This document shows, one piece after another, positions 39,404 through 49,992 of a stretch of DNA of 64,000 bases. The notes beneath the pieces are model-generated. The model did not search any database and was not told the origin of the DNA. It worked only from the letters and a program-made list of their open reading frames with translations. The stretch lies in contig CAWHBL010000029.1 in assembly GCA_963827555.1 (NCBI GenBank), positions 45,054-109,053 on the forward strand. The letters run 5' to 3'. This DNA is from an uncultured beta proteobacterium (GTDB lineage Bacteria > Pseudomonadota > Gammaproteobacteria > Burkholderiales > SG8-39). The position numbers and the translations under genes are program-made. Numbering within the stretch: the first letter of the stretch is position 1; the number at the start of each line of letters is the position of its first letter.

Positions 39404-40576
39404 TCAGTTCCTGCCCCAGAGCTCCCGCGTCGCGAGCCGCGCGCCGGCGGCGAGCGACTCGAGCTTCGCCCACATGATCGACGGGTGCACCCGCCGGTAG
39501 AACGGCCCCTGCGCGAACCCGCAGTCGGTGCCGGCGATCACGTTCTCGCGGCCCACCAGGCGCGCCAGGCGCACGATGCGCTCGGCCACGAGCTCCGGAT
39601 GCTCGACGATGTTGGTCGCGTGGCTGATGACGCCCGGGACGAGGACCTTGCCCGGCGGCAGCTTCACGCTCTCCCAGACGCGCCACTCGTGGTCGTGGCG
39701 CGGGTTCGCGCCCTCGATGACGTACGCGCCGGCGCGCACCCGGAGAACAAGGTCGACGATGTCCCTGAGCGGCACGTCGGTCGTGTGCGGACCGGGCCAG
39801 CTTCCCCAGCAGACGTGGTAGCGCACGCGGTCTTCGGGGATCCCCTCGAGCGCGCGGTTGAGGACCTCGACGTGGCGTGCGACCCAGCGGCGATAGTCGG
39901 CGAGGCTCGCCGGCGGGACCATGCGGTCGTAGGTGACGGCGGTGCGCGCGTCGTCGACCTGGACCACGAGGCCGGCGTCGACGATCGTCCGGTACTCGGT
40001 GCGCATCGCGTCGGCGATCGCCTCCAGGCACGCCTCGTCGCTCGGGTAGTACTCGTTCTTGCGGTCCGGAATGACGCTCGCCGGCGCGGCGACCGGCAGG
40101 AAGCCCTCGGCGACCGGCGCATCGCGGAGCGCGGCCTTGAAGTTGTCGATGTCGCGACGTAGCGCCGCAACGCCCGTGTACGCGATCGGGCCGACGCACA
40201 CCGCCGATTTCGGGTTCGCGAACCCGTCCTTGGCGTCGAGCTCGGCGTAGAACTCGGCGAACCGCGCCCGGTCGGCGCCGCGCGCCATCGGGTTCGCGCC
40301 CGGGGCGACCGGCCGCTGCTCGAACCCGCTCATGCGCTCGAGGAGGTACTGCGACCAGCTGATCGACTTGCCGAACTCGCCGTCGCTGACGACGTCGACG
40401 CCGGCCTCGGCCTGGCGGCGCACTACGGCCGCGACCGATACAGCGAGGCACTGCGCGTGCGCGCGCTCGTCGTACGCCTGGCCGAGCTGCTTCGCGCGCA
40501 GGTGCTCGAGCAGCTCCGGCGGCCGGATCAGGCTGCCGACGTGGGTGGTGAGGATCCTGTCGTGGCTCCGCTTCAT
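39404..40576 (-). CDS. Cobalamin-independent methionine synthase II family protein (MetE C-terminal-domain-like)
   Basis: ATG 40576 after AGGAG, in ORF 39404..40633. ILTTHVGSLIRPPEL, GVDVVSDGEFGK, VQVDD, HVCWGSW, GTDCGF. Confidence 0.8.
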   Translation of the reverse strand: MKRSHDRILTTHVGSLIRPPELLEHLRAKQLGQAYDERAHAQCLAVSVAAVVRRQAEAGVDVVSDGEFGKSISWSQYLLERMSGFEQRPVAPGANPMARGADRARFAEFYAELDAKDGFANPKSAVCVGPIAYTGVAALRRDIDNFKAALRDAPVAEGFLPVAAPASVIPDRKNEYYPSDEACLEAIADAMRTEYRTIVDAGLVVQVDDARTAVTYDRMVPPASLADYRRWVARHVEVLNRALEGIPEDRVRYHVCWGSWPGPHTTDVPLRDIVDLVLRVRAGAYVIEGANPRHDHEWRVWESVKLPPGKVLVPGVISHATNIVEHPELVAERIVRLARLVGRENVIAGTDCGFAQGPFYRRVHPSIMWAKLESLAAGARLATRELWGRN

Positions 40577-40583
40577 CCGGCTC

Positions 40584-41450
40584 CTACTCGTCGACCGGCG
40601 GCTCGCCCGGCGGCCGCCGCCGGAAGCGAGCATAGCCCCACCAGTACTGCGCCGGGAACCGGCGGATGCAGTCTTCCAGCCCCCGGTTCAGCGCGGCGCA
40701 CGCGCGCGTCTCGTCCGCGTCCGCGACCTCCCGCGGCGCCGGGACGACGTGCAGGACGAAGCCGCGCCCCCAGCCGAGCCGCTCGGCGAAGACGTAGAGC
40801 ACCGCCGCCCCGGTCCGGCGCGCGAGGCGCGAAGCGAGCACCGGCGTGTGCGCGGCGATGCCGAAGAACGGCGCGAACGCGCCGCTGCCTTCGGGCGGAT
40901 CCTGGTCGGGCAGGACGCCGATCGAATGCCCGCGCCGCAGCGACTCGAGCAGCGCCCGCACGCCGCCGCGGTCGCTCGCCACGAGCTGCGCGCCGAATCG
41001 TTCGCGCCCGCGCTTCATCACGTCGTCCCACACGTTGCCCTGCGGCCGGTACATCGAGACGATCGGCTGGCGCCGCGAGAGCTCGAGCCCGGCGAGTTCC
41101 CACGCGCCGAGATGCGGCGAAGCCGCGATCAGGCCCTTGCCGGCCGCGAGCACGCGCGCGAGCTCGTCCTCGCCGCGCACCTCGCGCACCAGCCCGGCGA
41201 CCCGTGCCGACGGTCCGGACCAGAGCACCGGCAGCTCGGCGAGCGCCTTGCCGGATTCGACGACGGTGCCGAAGACCAGCCGCTCGCGCGCGGCGCGGCC
41301 GAGCGCGGGGAGGCAGCGCGCGATGTGGAAGCGCGTCCGGCGCGTGAACTTGTTCGGGACGAGCCACGCGAGCACGCCGATCGCGGCGCCGAGCGCGTGC
41401 GCGAGCGGCAGCGGGAGAGCGGCGGCTCGGCGGTAGAGGAACTGCAGCAC
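40584..41450 (-). CDS. Lysophospholipid/lipid A late acyltransferase (LpxL/HtrB family)
   Basis: 288 aa. ASPHLGAWELAG (HX4E-type box), GVLPDQDP, FPAQYWWGYARFRR. Confidence 0.8.
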   Translation of the reverse strand: MLQFLYRRAAALPLPLAHALGAAIGVLAWLVPNKFTRRTRFHIARCLPALGRAARERLVFGTVVESGKALAELPVLWSGPSARVAGLVREVRGEDELARVLAAGKGLIAASPHLGAWELAGLELSRRQPIVSMYRPQGNVWDDVMKRGRERFGAQLVASDRGGVRALLESLRRGHSIGVLPDQDPPEGSGAFAPFFGIAAHTPVLASRLARRTGAAVLYVFAERLGWGRGFVLHVVPAPREVADADETRACAALNRGLEDCIRRFPAQYWWGYARFRRRPPGEPPVDE

Positions 41451-41563
41451 GTGTCGGTTCGCGAGCGGCGTGGGCGGATCGGGCGGGCGATCATAGCGTG
41501 CTCACCGGACGGGCGAGGCTGGTATAGTCGCCGCGACTCGACGGAGACATCGCGGAGACATCG

Positions 41564-41921
41564 ATGATCGTGCGCGGAACGATTCGAGGCTGGCACGTGC
41601 TCGCCGCAGGCGTGCTCGCGGCGCTCGCCGTCGGCGCGGCCCACGCGCAGGCGCCGATCGAAGCGACGACCCCGTCCGGCGACCGGATCCTGCTCCATCC
41701 CGACGGCCGCTGGGAGTACGCCGATCCGGCGAAGCGCGCCGCCTCGCCCAAGCCCGCACGCCCGCCGCCCGCCGGCTGCCGCGACTCCCGCCGCAGCCAC
41801 GCCGGTCGCCACCGGTGCGTGCCCGCCGGGCTCGCAGGGGCATCTCTTCTACCTCGGGCGCTGCGTGCCGCCGGGCGACGGCGACTACAACCGGGGATCC
41901 CTGAGCGGCAAGGGCCGGTGA
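41564..41921 (+). pseudogene. Small secreted Cys-containing protein, reading frame broken once
   Basis: Signal peptide MIVRGTIRGWHVLAAGVLAALAVGAAHAQA, DGRWEYADPAKR in frame 1. High-GC3 continuation PAAATPAAATPVATGACPPGSQGHLFYLGRCVPPGDGDYNRGSLSGKGR-stop 41921 in the next frame. Junction at about 41755-41775. Confidence 0.5.
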
Positions 41922-41923
41922 GC

Positions 41924-42341
41924 ATGCGGGTCATCGGCGCGATCCTCGGGGTGGTGGTCCTCGTCGCCGCGCTACTTCTGGGTGGTGCTCAGCTGGAACT
42001 ACTCGGACGGCGAGCGGGCGGGCTGGGTGCAGAAGTTCTCGAAGAAGGGCTGGCTCTGCAAGACCTGGGAAGGCGAGATGGCGATGGTGTCGATGCCCGG
42101 GACGACGACGGAGAAGTTCTTCTTCACCGTGTGGGACGACGCGGTCGCCGAGCGCATCAACCAGGCGATGGGCAAGCGCGTGTCGCTGCACTACGAGGAG
42201 AAGGTGGGTCTGCCGACGTCGTGCTTCGGCGAGACGCGCCACTACGTCACCGACGTGACGCGCGTCGAGGAGATCCCGCTCGCGCCCGGGATCGTGGTGC
42301 CGACGCCGCAACCGGCGCCGCCGGCCGCGCCGCCGAAATAG
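41924..42341 (+). pseudogene. Conserved small membrane-anchored protein, reading frame broken after the TM helix
   Basis: ATG 41924 gives MRVIGAILGVVVLVAALLLG. The conserved body (ORF 41982..42341: SWNYSDGERAGWVQKFSKKGWLCKTWEGEMAMVSMPG...CFGETRHYVTDV) is one base out of frame. Junction at about 41975-41983. Confidence 0.55.
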
Positions 42342-42354
42342 GAGGGTCCGTGAA

Positions 42355-43119
42355 ATGGTCCGTCACCGTCGTACCGCCCGCACGGCAGCGCTCGGTTTCG
42401 CGCTGATCGCCTCGACGCCGGTGGCCGCGGCCGAAGTCCTGGTGCTGAGCGGCGGCGCCGCGCAGTCGCCGCTCAACGCGGCGCTGCCGGCGTTCGAAGC
42501 CCGCTCGGGGCACAAGGTGAAGATCGCGTTCGCGCCGGCGGGCGAGATCGCGAAGCGGGTCGCGGCCGGCGAGATCTACGACCTCCTGATCATGCCCGCG
42601 GAGAACGTCGACGCCTACGTGAAGCAGGGGAAGGTCGTCCCGGGCAGCGAGGCGCCGCTCGGCAAGGTCGGGATCGGGGTGGCGGTCAACGAGCGCGCTC
42701 CGTCGCCCGACATCGCCACGCCCGAGGCGTTCAAGCAGGCGCTGCTCGCGGCGAAGTCGGTCGTGTACATCGACCCGGCGCGCGGCACGAGCGGGAAGCA
42801 CTTCGCCGGCGTGCTGCAGCAGCTGGGGATCGCGCAGGAGGTGAACGCGAAGGCGACGCTCGGCTCCGGCGGCTACGTGGTGGCCCCGGTCGGGCGCGGC
42901 GAGATCGAGCTCGGCGTGCACCAGATCACCGAGATCCTGCCGGTGCCGGGCGTGAAGCTCGTCGGGCCGCTGCCGCCGGCGCTGCAGAAGTGGACGACCT
43001 ACACCGCGGTGGCGATGCCCGGCGCGAAATCGCCGGCAGCGGCGCGCGAGCTCGTGGCGTTCCTCACCGGCGCCGAGGCGCGGGCGCTGTTCGAGCCGAA
43101 GGGCTTTTCAGCGCCCTAG
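42355..43119 (+). CDS. ModA-like periplasmic substrate-binding protein (molybdate/tungstate/anion family)
   Basis: 254 aa. RBS GGAGGG, signal peptide, VLVLSGGAAQSPLNAALPAFEARSGHKVKIAF, GEIYDLLIMPAEN, YIDPARGTSG. Confidence 0.72.
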   Translation: MVRHRRTARTAALGFALIASTPVAAAEVLVLSGGAAQSPLNAALPAFEARSGHKVKIAFAPAGEIAKRVAAGEIYDLLIMPAENVDAYVKQGKVVPGSEAPLGKVGIGVAVNERAPSPDIATPEAFKQALLAAKSVVYIDPARGTSGKHFAGVLQQLGIAQEVNAKATLGSGGYVVAPVGRGEIELGVHQITEILPVPGVKLVGPLPPALQKWTTYTAVAMPGAKSPAAARELVAFLTGAEARALFEPKGFSAP

Positions 43120-44114
43120 AAGCCGATCCGGGACTTCCGCGCGTTGCGCGCCCCGGGGAGGTCGTCGGCCTCGATCGCGTCGTGTCCGGCGAGCTTCGCG
43201 TTGCCGAACGCGGCGAGGATCGTGCGGCGCATCTCGCGCGGGCTGGCGGCGGCGAGCCGGTCGAGCACGTCGGCCTCGAGCCGCTCGGGGAACTGCCGGC
43301 CCCAGTCGTGCGAGTTCCGGATCTCGGCGTAGATCGCCTGCGCGATCTTCATCGCGCCGTCGCGGTCGGGCGCCTCGATCGCGTAGACGTTCATCCGGTT
43401 GAGGATCGGGTCGGGGATGCGCGCGGCGTCGTTCGCGGTCGCGACCCAGAACGCGTTCGAGGCGTCGATCGGGATCTCCACGAACTCGTCGATGAACGCG
43501 CGCGCGGTGTCGGTCTCGAGCAGCGAGTAGAGCGCGCCGAGCGGGTCGTACTGCGAGTCGCCGGTCGCCTTGTCGATCTCGTCGACGACGAGCAGCGGGT
43601 TCGCGTACTGGCCGTTGAGGAAGGTCTCGAACACCTTGCCCGGCTTCGAGTTCTTCCACTGCGACGACGAGCCGGAGAGGATCCAGCCGGCGGTGAGCGA
43701 GCTCATCGAGACGAAGCCGAAGCCGGTGCCGAGGAGGTCGGCGATCTTGCGCGCGAAGTAGGTCTTGCCGATGCCCGGCTCGCCGAGGAGCAGCATCGGC
43801 GCGAGCTCGAGCGGGTCCGACGACGACGCGCACAGCGCGATCTGCTTCTTCACGTCGTCGAGCACCTCCCCGAAGTTGGGCAGCTCGTCGTAGAGATGCG
43901 CCATCGCGGGGACGCCGGCGGGCTTCACGGTGAGGCGCGTGCCGCCCGCCTTCAGCATCTTCTCGTAGGTGGTCTTGAGCGCCTCGTTCGCGCCGGCGGG
44001 GAGCTCGGCGAGCGCGCGGTCCACGACGTCGACGTCGTAGACCTCCTTGAACCCCCCGATCGGGATGTTCACCGCCTTCCGCGTCACCGCGGGCAGGTTG
44101 GTCTTCGCCGGCAT
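43116..44114 (-). CDS. AAA+ family ATPase (function unknown)
   Basis: ORF 43116..44153; preferred ATG 44114 is 8 nt after GGAGG. Walker A LLGEPGIGKTYFA, Walker B LLVVDEIDK, sensor WVATAN, PILNRM. Stop overlaps the modA-like stop on the opposite strand (CTAG). Confidence 0.78.
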   Translation of the reverse strand: MPAKTNLPAVTRKAVNIPIGGFKEVYDVDVVDRALAELPAGANEALKTTYEKMLKAGGTRLTVKPAGVPAMAHLYDELPNFGEVLDDVKKQIALCASSSDPLELAPMLLLGEPGIGKTYFARKIADLLGTGFGFVSMSSLTAGWILSGSSSQWKNSKPGKVFETFLNGQYANPLLVVDEIDKATGDSQYDPLGALYSLLETDTARAFIDEFVEIPIDASNAFWVATANDAARIPDPILNRMNVYAIEAPDRDGAMKIAQAIYAEIRNSHDWGRQFPERLEADVLDRLAAASPREMRRTILAAFGNAKLAGHDAIEADDLPGARNARKSRIGF

Positions 44115-44341
44115 CTCGCGTACCTCCATAGCCAGAGGTTCATCCCCGGCCACGCGCTCAAACTAGCATGCGGAGACCGTGACCGTTCAATGCAAAACAA
44201 AGCATGAAACGCGCCCATGCCGCGGCGCACGACGGGGAAAGGTCGCGCCCCGGCGCTGGCAGCCGCTACGCGCGCCTGCTAATCGCCGGGCTTGCCAGAT
44301 CCCCGGCCGGCGTGATTGAATCCCGCCGGACGGGCCCGACG

Positions 44342-44407
44342 ATGCATCGCACCTTCGCTTTCCGGTTCTTCTTCTTTCCCCGGCCGCTGGCGGAGGGACC
44401 CGGTTAG
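44342..44407 (+). CDS. Phe-rich leader peptide of the DAHP synthase gene
   Basis: ATG CAT CGC ACC TTC GCT TTC CGG TTC TTC TTC TTT CCC CGG CCG CTG GCG GAG GGA CCC GGT TAG = MHRTFAFRFFFFPRPLAEGPG, with 6 Phe in 9 consecutive codons. Lies 87 nt upstream of aroG and just before a terminator hairpin. Confidence 0.65.
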   Translation: MHRTFAFRFFFFPRPLAEGPG

Positions 44408-44431
44408 GCTCGACCCGACAGGATTCCGGAA

Positions 44432-44461
44432 CCGCCAGCACCGCAAGGGCTGGCGGTTTTT
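44432..44461 (+). terminator. Intrinsic terminator (attenuator) between the leader peptide and aroG
   Basis: CCGCCAGC (44432-44439), 9-nt loop, GCTGGCGG (44449-44456), then TTTTT. The 3' arm sequence GCTGGCGG also occurs at 44386-44393 inside the leader ORF, so an alternative antiterminator pairing with 44432-44439 is possible. Confidence 0.65.
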
Positions 44462-44493
44462 GCTTTCTGCAGCTCCCCGAACGAGGCAGCGAC

Positions 44494-45635
<1,142 letters not shown>

Positions 45636-45639
<4 letters not shown>

Positions 45640-47225
45640 ATCTGGCGGCGTCGGACCCCCGACGCCTCTTCTGGGGCGCGCTCGCGGTCACGCTCGCGTT
45701 CCGGTTCTGGCTCGCCTGGTGGCTCCCGGTCACCAGCGACGAGGCGTACTTCATCTACTGGGGCGAAGCGCCCGCGCTGGGCGTCTACGACCATCCGCCG
45801 ATGGTCGGGTGGCTGCTCGCCGCGCTCCTCCAGGTGTCGCACGCGCAAGTGTGGCTGCGGCTGCCGGCGATCCTCGCCCCGGCGGCGGTCGCGCTCGCCA
45901 TGCGGCCGCTCGTGCGCGAGCTCGCGCACGGCCGCCCGGACGCGCGCGCGCTCGCCGACTGGGCCGCGCTCGCCTGGCTGCTCGCGCCGATCCAGGTGGT
46001 GAACGTCCTGATCACCACCGATACGCCGCTCCTCGTCTTCTCGTTCCTGTCGATCGCCGCGTATGCGCTCGGCGTGCGGCGCGCGTCGCTCGCGCTGTGC
46101 GCGGTCGCCGGCGCCGCGCTCGGGCTCGCGTTCCTGTCGAAGTACTTCGCGGTGCTGCTCGGCCTCGCGTACCTCGTCTACGTCGCGGCGTTGCGCCGCG
46201 ACCGGCGAGCATGGCTCGAGCTTGCGGTGGTGGTCGCGTGCGCGCTGCCGTTCGGGCTCCTGAACCTCGCCTGGAACTACGAGCACTGCTGGGCTAACCT
46301 GATGTTCAACCTCTACAACCGCCACGGCGAGGCGGGGTTCGCATGGTACCGGCCGCTCGTGTTCGTCGCGCTCCTCGCCTACGTCGCCGGCCCCTTGATC
46401 CTGTTCGACCTCGCGCGCGCGCGGACCGCCGTGCGCGCGGCGGCGCGCGATCCCGCGGTGGCGTTGCTGGCAACGTGCGCCGGCCTGCCGCTCGCGCTGC
46501 TGTTCGCGCTGTCCGCGTTCCGGAGCGTGGGACTGCACTGGGTGCTCGCGTTCATGCCGCCGCTCTTCGCGGCGGCCGCGCTCGCGCTCGGACCCGCGCG
46601 CCTCGCCGCGTCGGCCCGGTTCCTCGGCGCGTTCTCGGCGCTGCACGTGCTCGCCGTCATGCTCGTCGCGGCGCTGCCGCTCGAGACCTGGCAGAGCCTG
46701 CGCAAGTACGACAGCATCGTGATGGGCACCCGTCCGGCCGAGCTCCTCGCCGCGCTCAAGCCCTACGAGGGGCGTTACGTGTTCACCGCCAGCGGTTACG
46801 CGCCGGCGGTGCTGCTCTCGTACCACGCCGCGGCGACCGGCTTCGTCGCTCAGCCCGGGTCCGGGGCGCCGTGGCGCGCGCACTACTTCCCGGTGTTCGG
46901 CCCGGCGTCTGCCCACGCGCGGCACGACGACATCCTCACCGACTTCCGCCGGCTCGACGGCGCGGACATCCTGGTCGTGCGCAAGACCGCAGCCGAAGAC
47001 GACGAGTACCGCCCGTTCTTCCGGGCGATCGAGACGCGCGAGATCGCCGTGCGCGGCGCGAAGTTCTACCTCGTGCTCGGGCAGGGGTTCGACTACGCCG
47101 CGTATCGCGACCGGGTGCTGGCGGAAGTGCGCGACCGCTACTATCGGATTCCGCGCTATCTGCCCCAGGGGCGCTGCTACTTCTGCGAGCGCTACTGGGC
47201 GACCCGGACCTGTCCGGCGCCGTAG
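45636..47225 (+). CDS. Family 39 glycosyltransferase (ArnT/PMT-like polyprenyl-phosphate-sugar-dependent transferase)
   Basis: TTG 45636 overlaps the aroG stop (TTGA); no ATG or GTG nearby. VTSDEAYFIYWGE, YDHPPMVGW, LSKYF. About 10 TM helices plus a soluble C-terminal domain ending in CYFCERYWATRTC. Confidence 0.75.
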
Positions 47226-47326
47226 CGGTGCGACGCGCCGCCCGTCGCTGCGACCGATAATCGCCCGGCGGGGCTTGGGCGCCCCACGGTGGGGCATAAT
47301 GACCGTCACTCTCTCGGCCTGACGCC

Positions 47327-47887
47327 ATGGAACTCGTCGAAACCCAGCGGCTCCCCCAGCTCGAGCACGTCGGCGACGCGACCCAGTTCGCGACCAAGAT
47401 GCACGCCATGATCGGCGGCTCGCCCCTGTTCGAGCAGTTCAACCTGGCCGAGATCCGGCTGATGGGCCACTTCATGCAGACCTACCGCGCCCAGGCGGGG
47501 CAGGAGATCATCCGCGAGGGCGAGGCCGGCGACTTCATGATGGTCGTCATCGAGGGCCGGATCGAGGTGTTCAAGCAGGACCGGTGGAACGCGCCGCGCC
47601 TGATCGCGGTCGTCGAGGAGGGCAAGACCCTCGGCGAGATGTCGATGATCGACGGCGAGCCGCGCTTCGCGACCTGCGTCGCGGTCGAGCCGACGCTGAT
47701 TGCGGTGCTCACCGCGGACCATCTCGCCCGGATCATCCTCGAGCAGCCGATCCTCGGCGCAAAGATCCTGATGCAGCTCGCGTTGATGCTCTCGCAGCGC
47801 CTGCGCCAGACGAGCGTCCGCCTGGTCGAGTATCTCGACCGCCAGCGCGAGCTGAACGAGCAGATCCAGGGACCGACCTTCGTCTGA
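47327..47887 (+). CDS. Cyclic nucleotide-binding domain protein
   Basis: 186 aa. AGQEIIREGEAGDFMMVVIEGRIEVF, GKTLGEMSMIDGEPRFATCVA. No DNA-binding or other output domain visible. Confidence 0.78.
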   Translation: MELVETQRLPQLEHVGDATQFATKMHAMIGGSPLFEQFNLAEIRLMGHFMQTYRAQAGQEIIREGEAGDFMMVVIEGRIEVFKQDRWNAPRLIAVVEEGKTLGEMSMIDGEPRFATCVAVEPTLIAVLTADHLARIILEQPILGAKILMQLALMLSQRLRQTSVRLVEYLDRQRELNEQIQGPTFV

Positions 47888-48007
47888 TCGCTGCCTGGCG
47901 CCGGCCGGCGTCAGCGTTCTGTCAGGTTGGAAGAGGGGCGCCGCGGGCGGCTTGACTTTCCACGCCCTGTGGCAGAATACCTGCCCACCTGAGAGGAGGA
48001 GGGTCCA

Positions 48008-48454
48008 ATGAAAATAAAGGCGCCTAGGGACTTCTGGGCGGGCCTGATGTTCATCGCCTTCGGCGTCGGGTTCGCATGGGTCGCGCAGAACTACCAGATG
48101 GGCACGTCGGTGCGGATGGGCCCGGCCTACTTCCCGACGGTGCTCGGCTGGCTGCTCGCCGTCCTCGGCCTCGCGATCTTCCTCCAGTCGTTCATCAGCA
48201 CCGGCCCGCCGGTGGCGAAGTTCTACTTCCGGCCGCTCGTCCTGATCGTGCTCGCGGTCGTGCTGTTCGGCATCCTGCTCAAGCCGCTCGGCCTCGTGCT
48301 GTCGATCGCGGTGCTCGTCGGCCTCGGCGCGTTCGGCGGGTTCGAGTTCAAGTCGAAGGAGGTGGCGATCCTGTACGTGGTGCTCGCGATCTTCTCGGTG
48401 TGGGTGTTCGTGAAGGGGCTCGGCCTGCCGATCCCCGTCTGGCCCGGCGAGTAG
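48008..48454 (+). CDS. tctB: Tripartite tricarboxylate transporter small membrane subunit
   Basis: 148 aa. RBS GAGGAGGAGGG, four TM segments, directly upstream of tctA. Confidence 0.82.
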   Translation: MKIKAPRDFWAGLMFIAFGVGFAWVAQNYQMGTSVRMGPAYFPTVLGWLLAVLGLAIFLQSFISTGPPVAKFYFRPLVLIVLAVVLFGILLKPLGLVLSIAVLVGLGAFGGFEFKSKEVAILYVVLAIFSVWVFVKGLGLPIPVWPGE

Positions 48455-48465
48455 GAGGCCGACCG

Positions 48466-49968
48466 ATGGAACTGCTCGACAATCTCGCGCTCGGCTTCGG
48501 CGTCGCGCTCTCCTGGCAGAACCTGCTGTGGTGCTTCGGCGGCGTGCTGCTCGGCACGCTGATCGGCGTGCTGCCCGGGATCGGCCCGGTCGCGACCATC
48601 GCGATGCTGCTCCCGGTGACGTTCACGCTGCCGCCGGTCTCGGCGCTGATCATGCTCGCGGGCATCTACTATGGCGCGCAGTACGGCGGCTCGACCACGG
48701 CGATCCTGGTCAACCTGCCCGGCGAATCGGCGTCGGTGGTGACCGCCTTGGACGGCTACCAGCTCGCGCGCCAGGGCAAGGCCGGGCCGGCGCTCGGGAT
48801 GTCGGCGATCGGCTCGTTCTTCGCCGGCTGCGTGGCGACGATCGTGATCGCGCTCTTCGCGCCGCCGCTCGCCGAGGTCGCGCTCAAGTTCGGCCCCACC
48901 GAGTACTTCTCGCTGATGGTGCTCGGCCTGATCGCGGCGGTCGTGCTCGCGCACGGCTCGCTGATCAAGGCGATCGCGATGGTGATCCTGGGACTGCTCC
49001 TCGGGCTCGTCGGGACCGACGTGAACTCCGGCGTGGCGCGCTACAGCTTCGGGATCTCCGAGCTCTCGGACGGGATCGGTTTCGTGACCGTCGCGATGGG
49101 CGTGTTCGGGATCGCCGAGATCATGTCGAACCTGCAGCACAAGGAGACGCGCGACGTCTTCGTCGCGAAGGTCGACCGGATCCTGCCCAACTGGGACGAC
49201 ATCAAGAAGTGCATCCCCTCCATCCTGCGCGGGACGGTGCTCGGCTCGGCGCTCGGGATCCTCCCCGGGGGTGGCGCGCTGCTCGCCTCGTTCGCCGCCT
49301 ACACGTTCGAGAAGAAGATCGCGCGCAAGCCGTCGAACTTCGGCAAGGGCGACATCCGCGGCGTCGCGGCGCCGGAGTCGGCGAACAACGCCGGCGCGCA
49401 GACCTCGTTCATCCCGCTGCTCACGCTCGGCATCCCGTCGAACCCGGTGATGGCGCTGATGATCGGCGCGATGATGATCCAGGGGATCGCGCCGGGCCCG
49501 CAGGTGATGACCGAGCGCCCGCAGCTCTTCTGGGGGATGATCGCCTCGATGTGGGTGGGCAACCTGATGCTGGTGGTGCTCAACCTGCCGCTCATCGGCA
49601 TGTGGATCAAGCTCCTCAAGATCCCGTACCGCCTGCTCTATCCGGCGATCCTCGTCTTCTGCGGGATCGGCGTGTACAGCGTCAACAACAGCTCGTTCGA
49701 CATCTACATGATGGCGGTGTTCGCGGTGCTCGGCTACGTGTGGACGAAGCTCGAGTGCGAGCCGGCGCCGCTGATCCTCGGCTTCATCCTCGGGCCGATG
49801 ATGGAGGAGAACCTGCGCCGGGCGATGCTGCTCTCGCGCGGCGATCCGTCGGTGTTCTTCACCAAGCCGATCTCCGCCGTGCTGCTCGGTATCTCGCTGC
49901 TGCTGCTCCTCATCGTGCTGTCGCCGTCGATCAAGAAGAAGCGCGAGGAGGCGTTCCAGGAAGCCTAG
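48466..49968 (+). CDS. tctA: Tripartite tricarboxylate transporter large permease
   Basis: ATG 48466 in ORF 48076..49968. GVLPGIGPVATIAMLLP, YYGAQYGGSTTAILVNLPGE, AAPESANNAGAQTSFIPLLTLGIP. Confidence 0.92.
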   Translation: MELLDNLALGFGVALSWQNLLWCFGGVLLGTLIGVLPGIGPVATIAMLLPVTFTLPPVSALIMLAGIYYGAQYGGSTTAILVNLPGESASVVTALDGYQLARQGKAGPALGMSAIGSFFAGCVATIVIALFAPPLAEVALKFGPTEYFSLMVLGLIAAVVLAHGSLIKAIAMVILGLLLGLVGTDVNSGVARYSFGISELSDGIGFVTVAMGVFGIAEIMSNLQHKETRDVFVAKVDRILPNWDDIKKCIPSILRGTVLGSALGILPGGGALLASFAAYTFEKKIARKPSNFGKGDIRGVAAPESANNAGAQTSFIPLLTLGIPSNPVMALMIGAMMIQGIAPGPQVMTERPQLFWGMIASMWVGNLMLVVLNLPLIGMWIKLLKIPYRLLYPAILVFCGIGVYSVNNSSFDIYMMAVFAVLGYVWTKLECEPAPLILGFILGPMMEENLRRAMLLSRGDPSVFFTKPISAVLLGISLLLLLIVLSPSIKKKREEAFQEA

Positions 49969-49992
49969 CGCCGCGCGCGCGGGAAGCACCCG

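Noticed and set aside
44204-44407. 67-aa version of the aroG leader ORF starting at ATG 44204
   Set aside because: It is in frame with the short leader, but the upstream 46 codons have poor coding character and no RBS. The short form (ATG 44342) suffices for the attenuation model. The longer start cannot be strictly excluded.
47941-47975. Sigma70-like promoter TTGACT ... CAGAAT/AGAATA upstream of tctB
   Set aside because: The -35 hexamer is good, but the spacing to any acceptable -10 is 15-16 nt and the -10 matches are weak. This is not enough to report as a feature.
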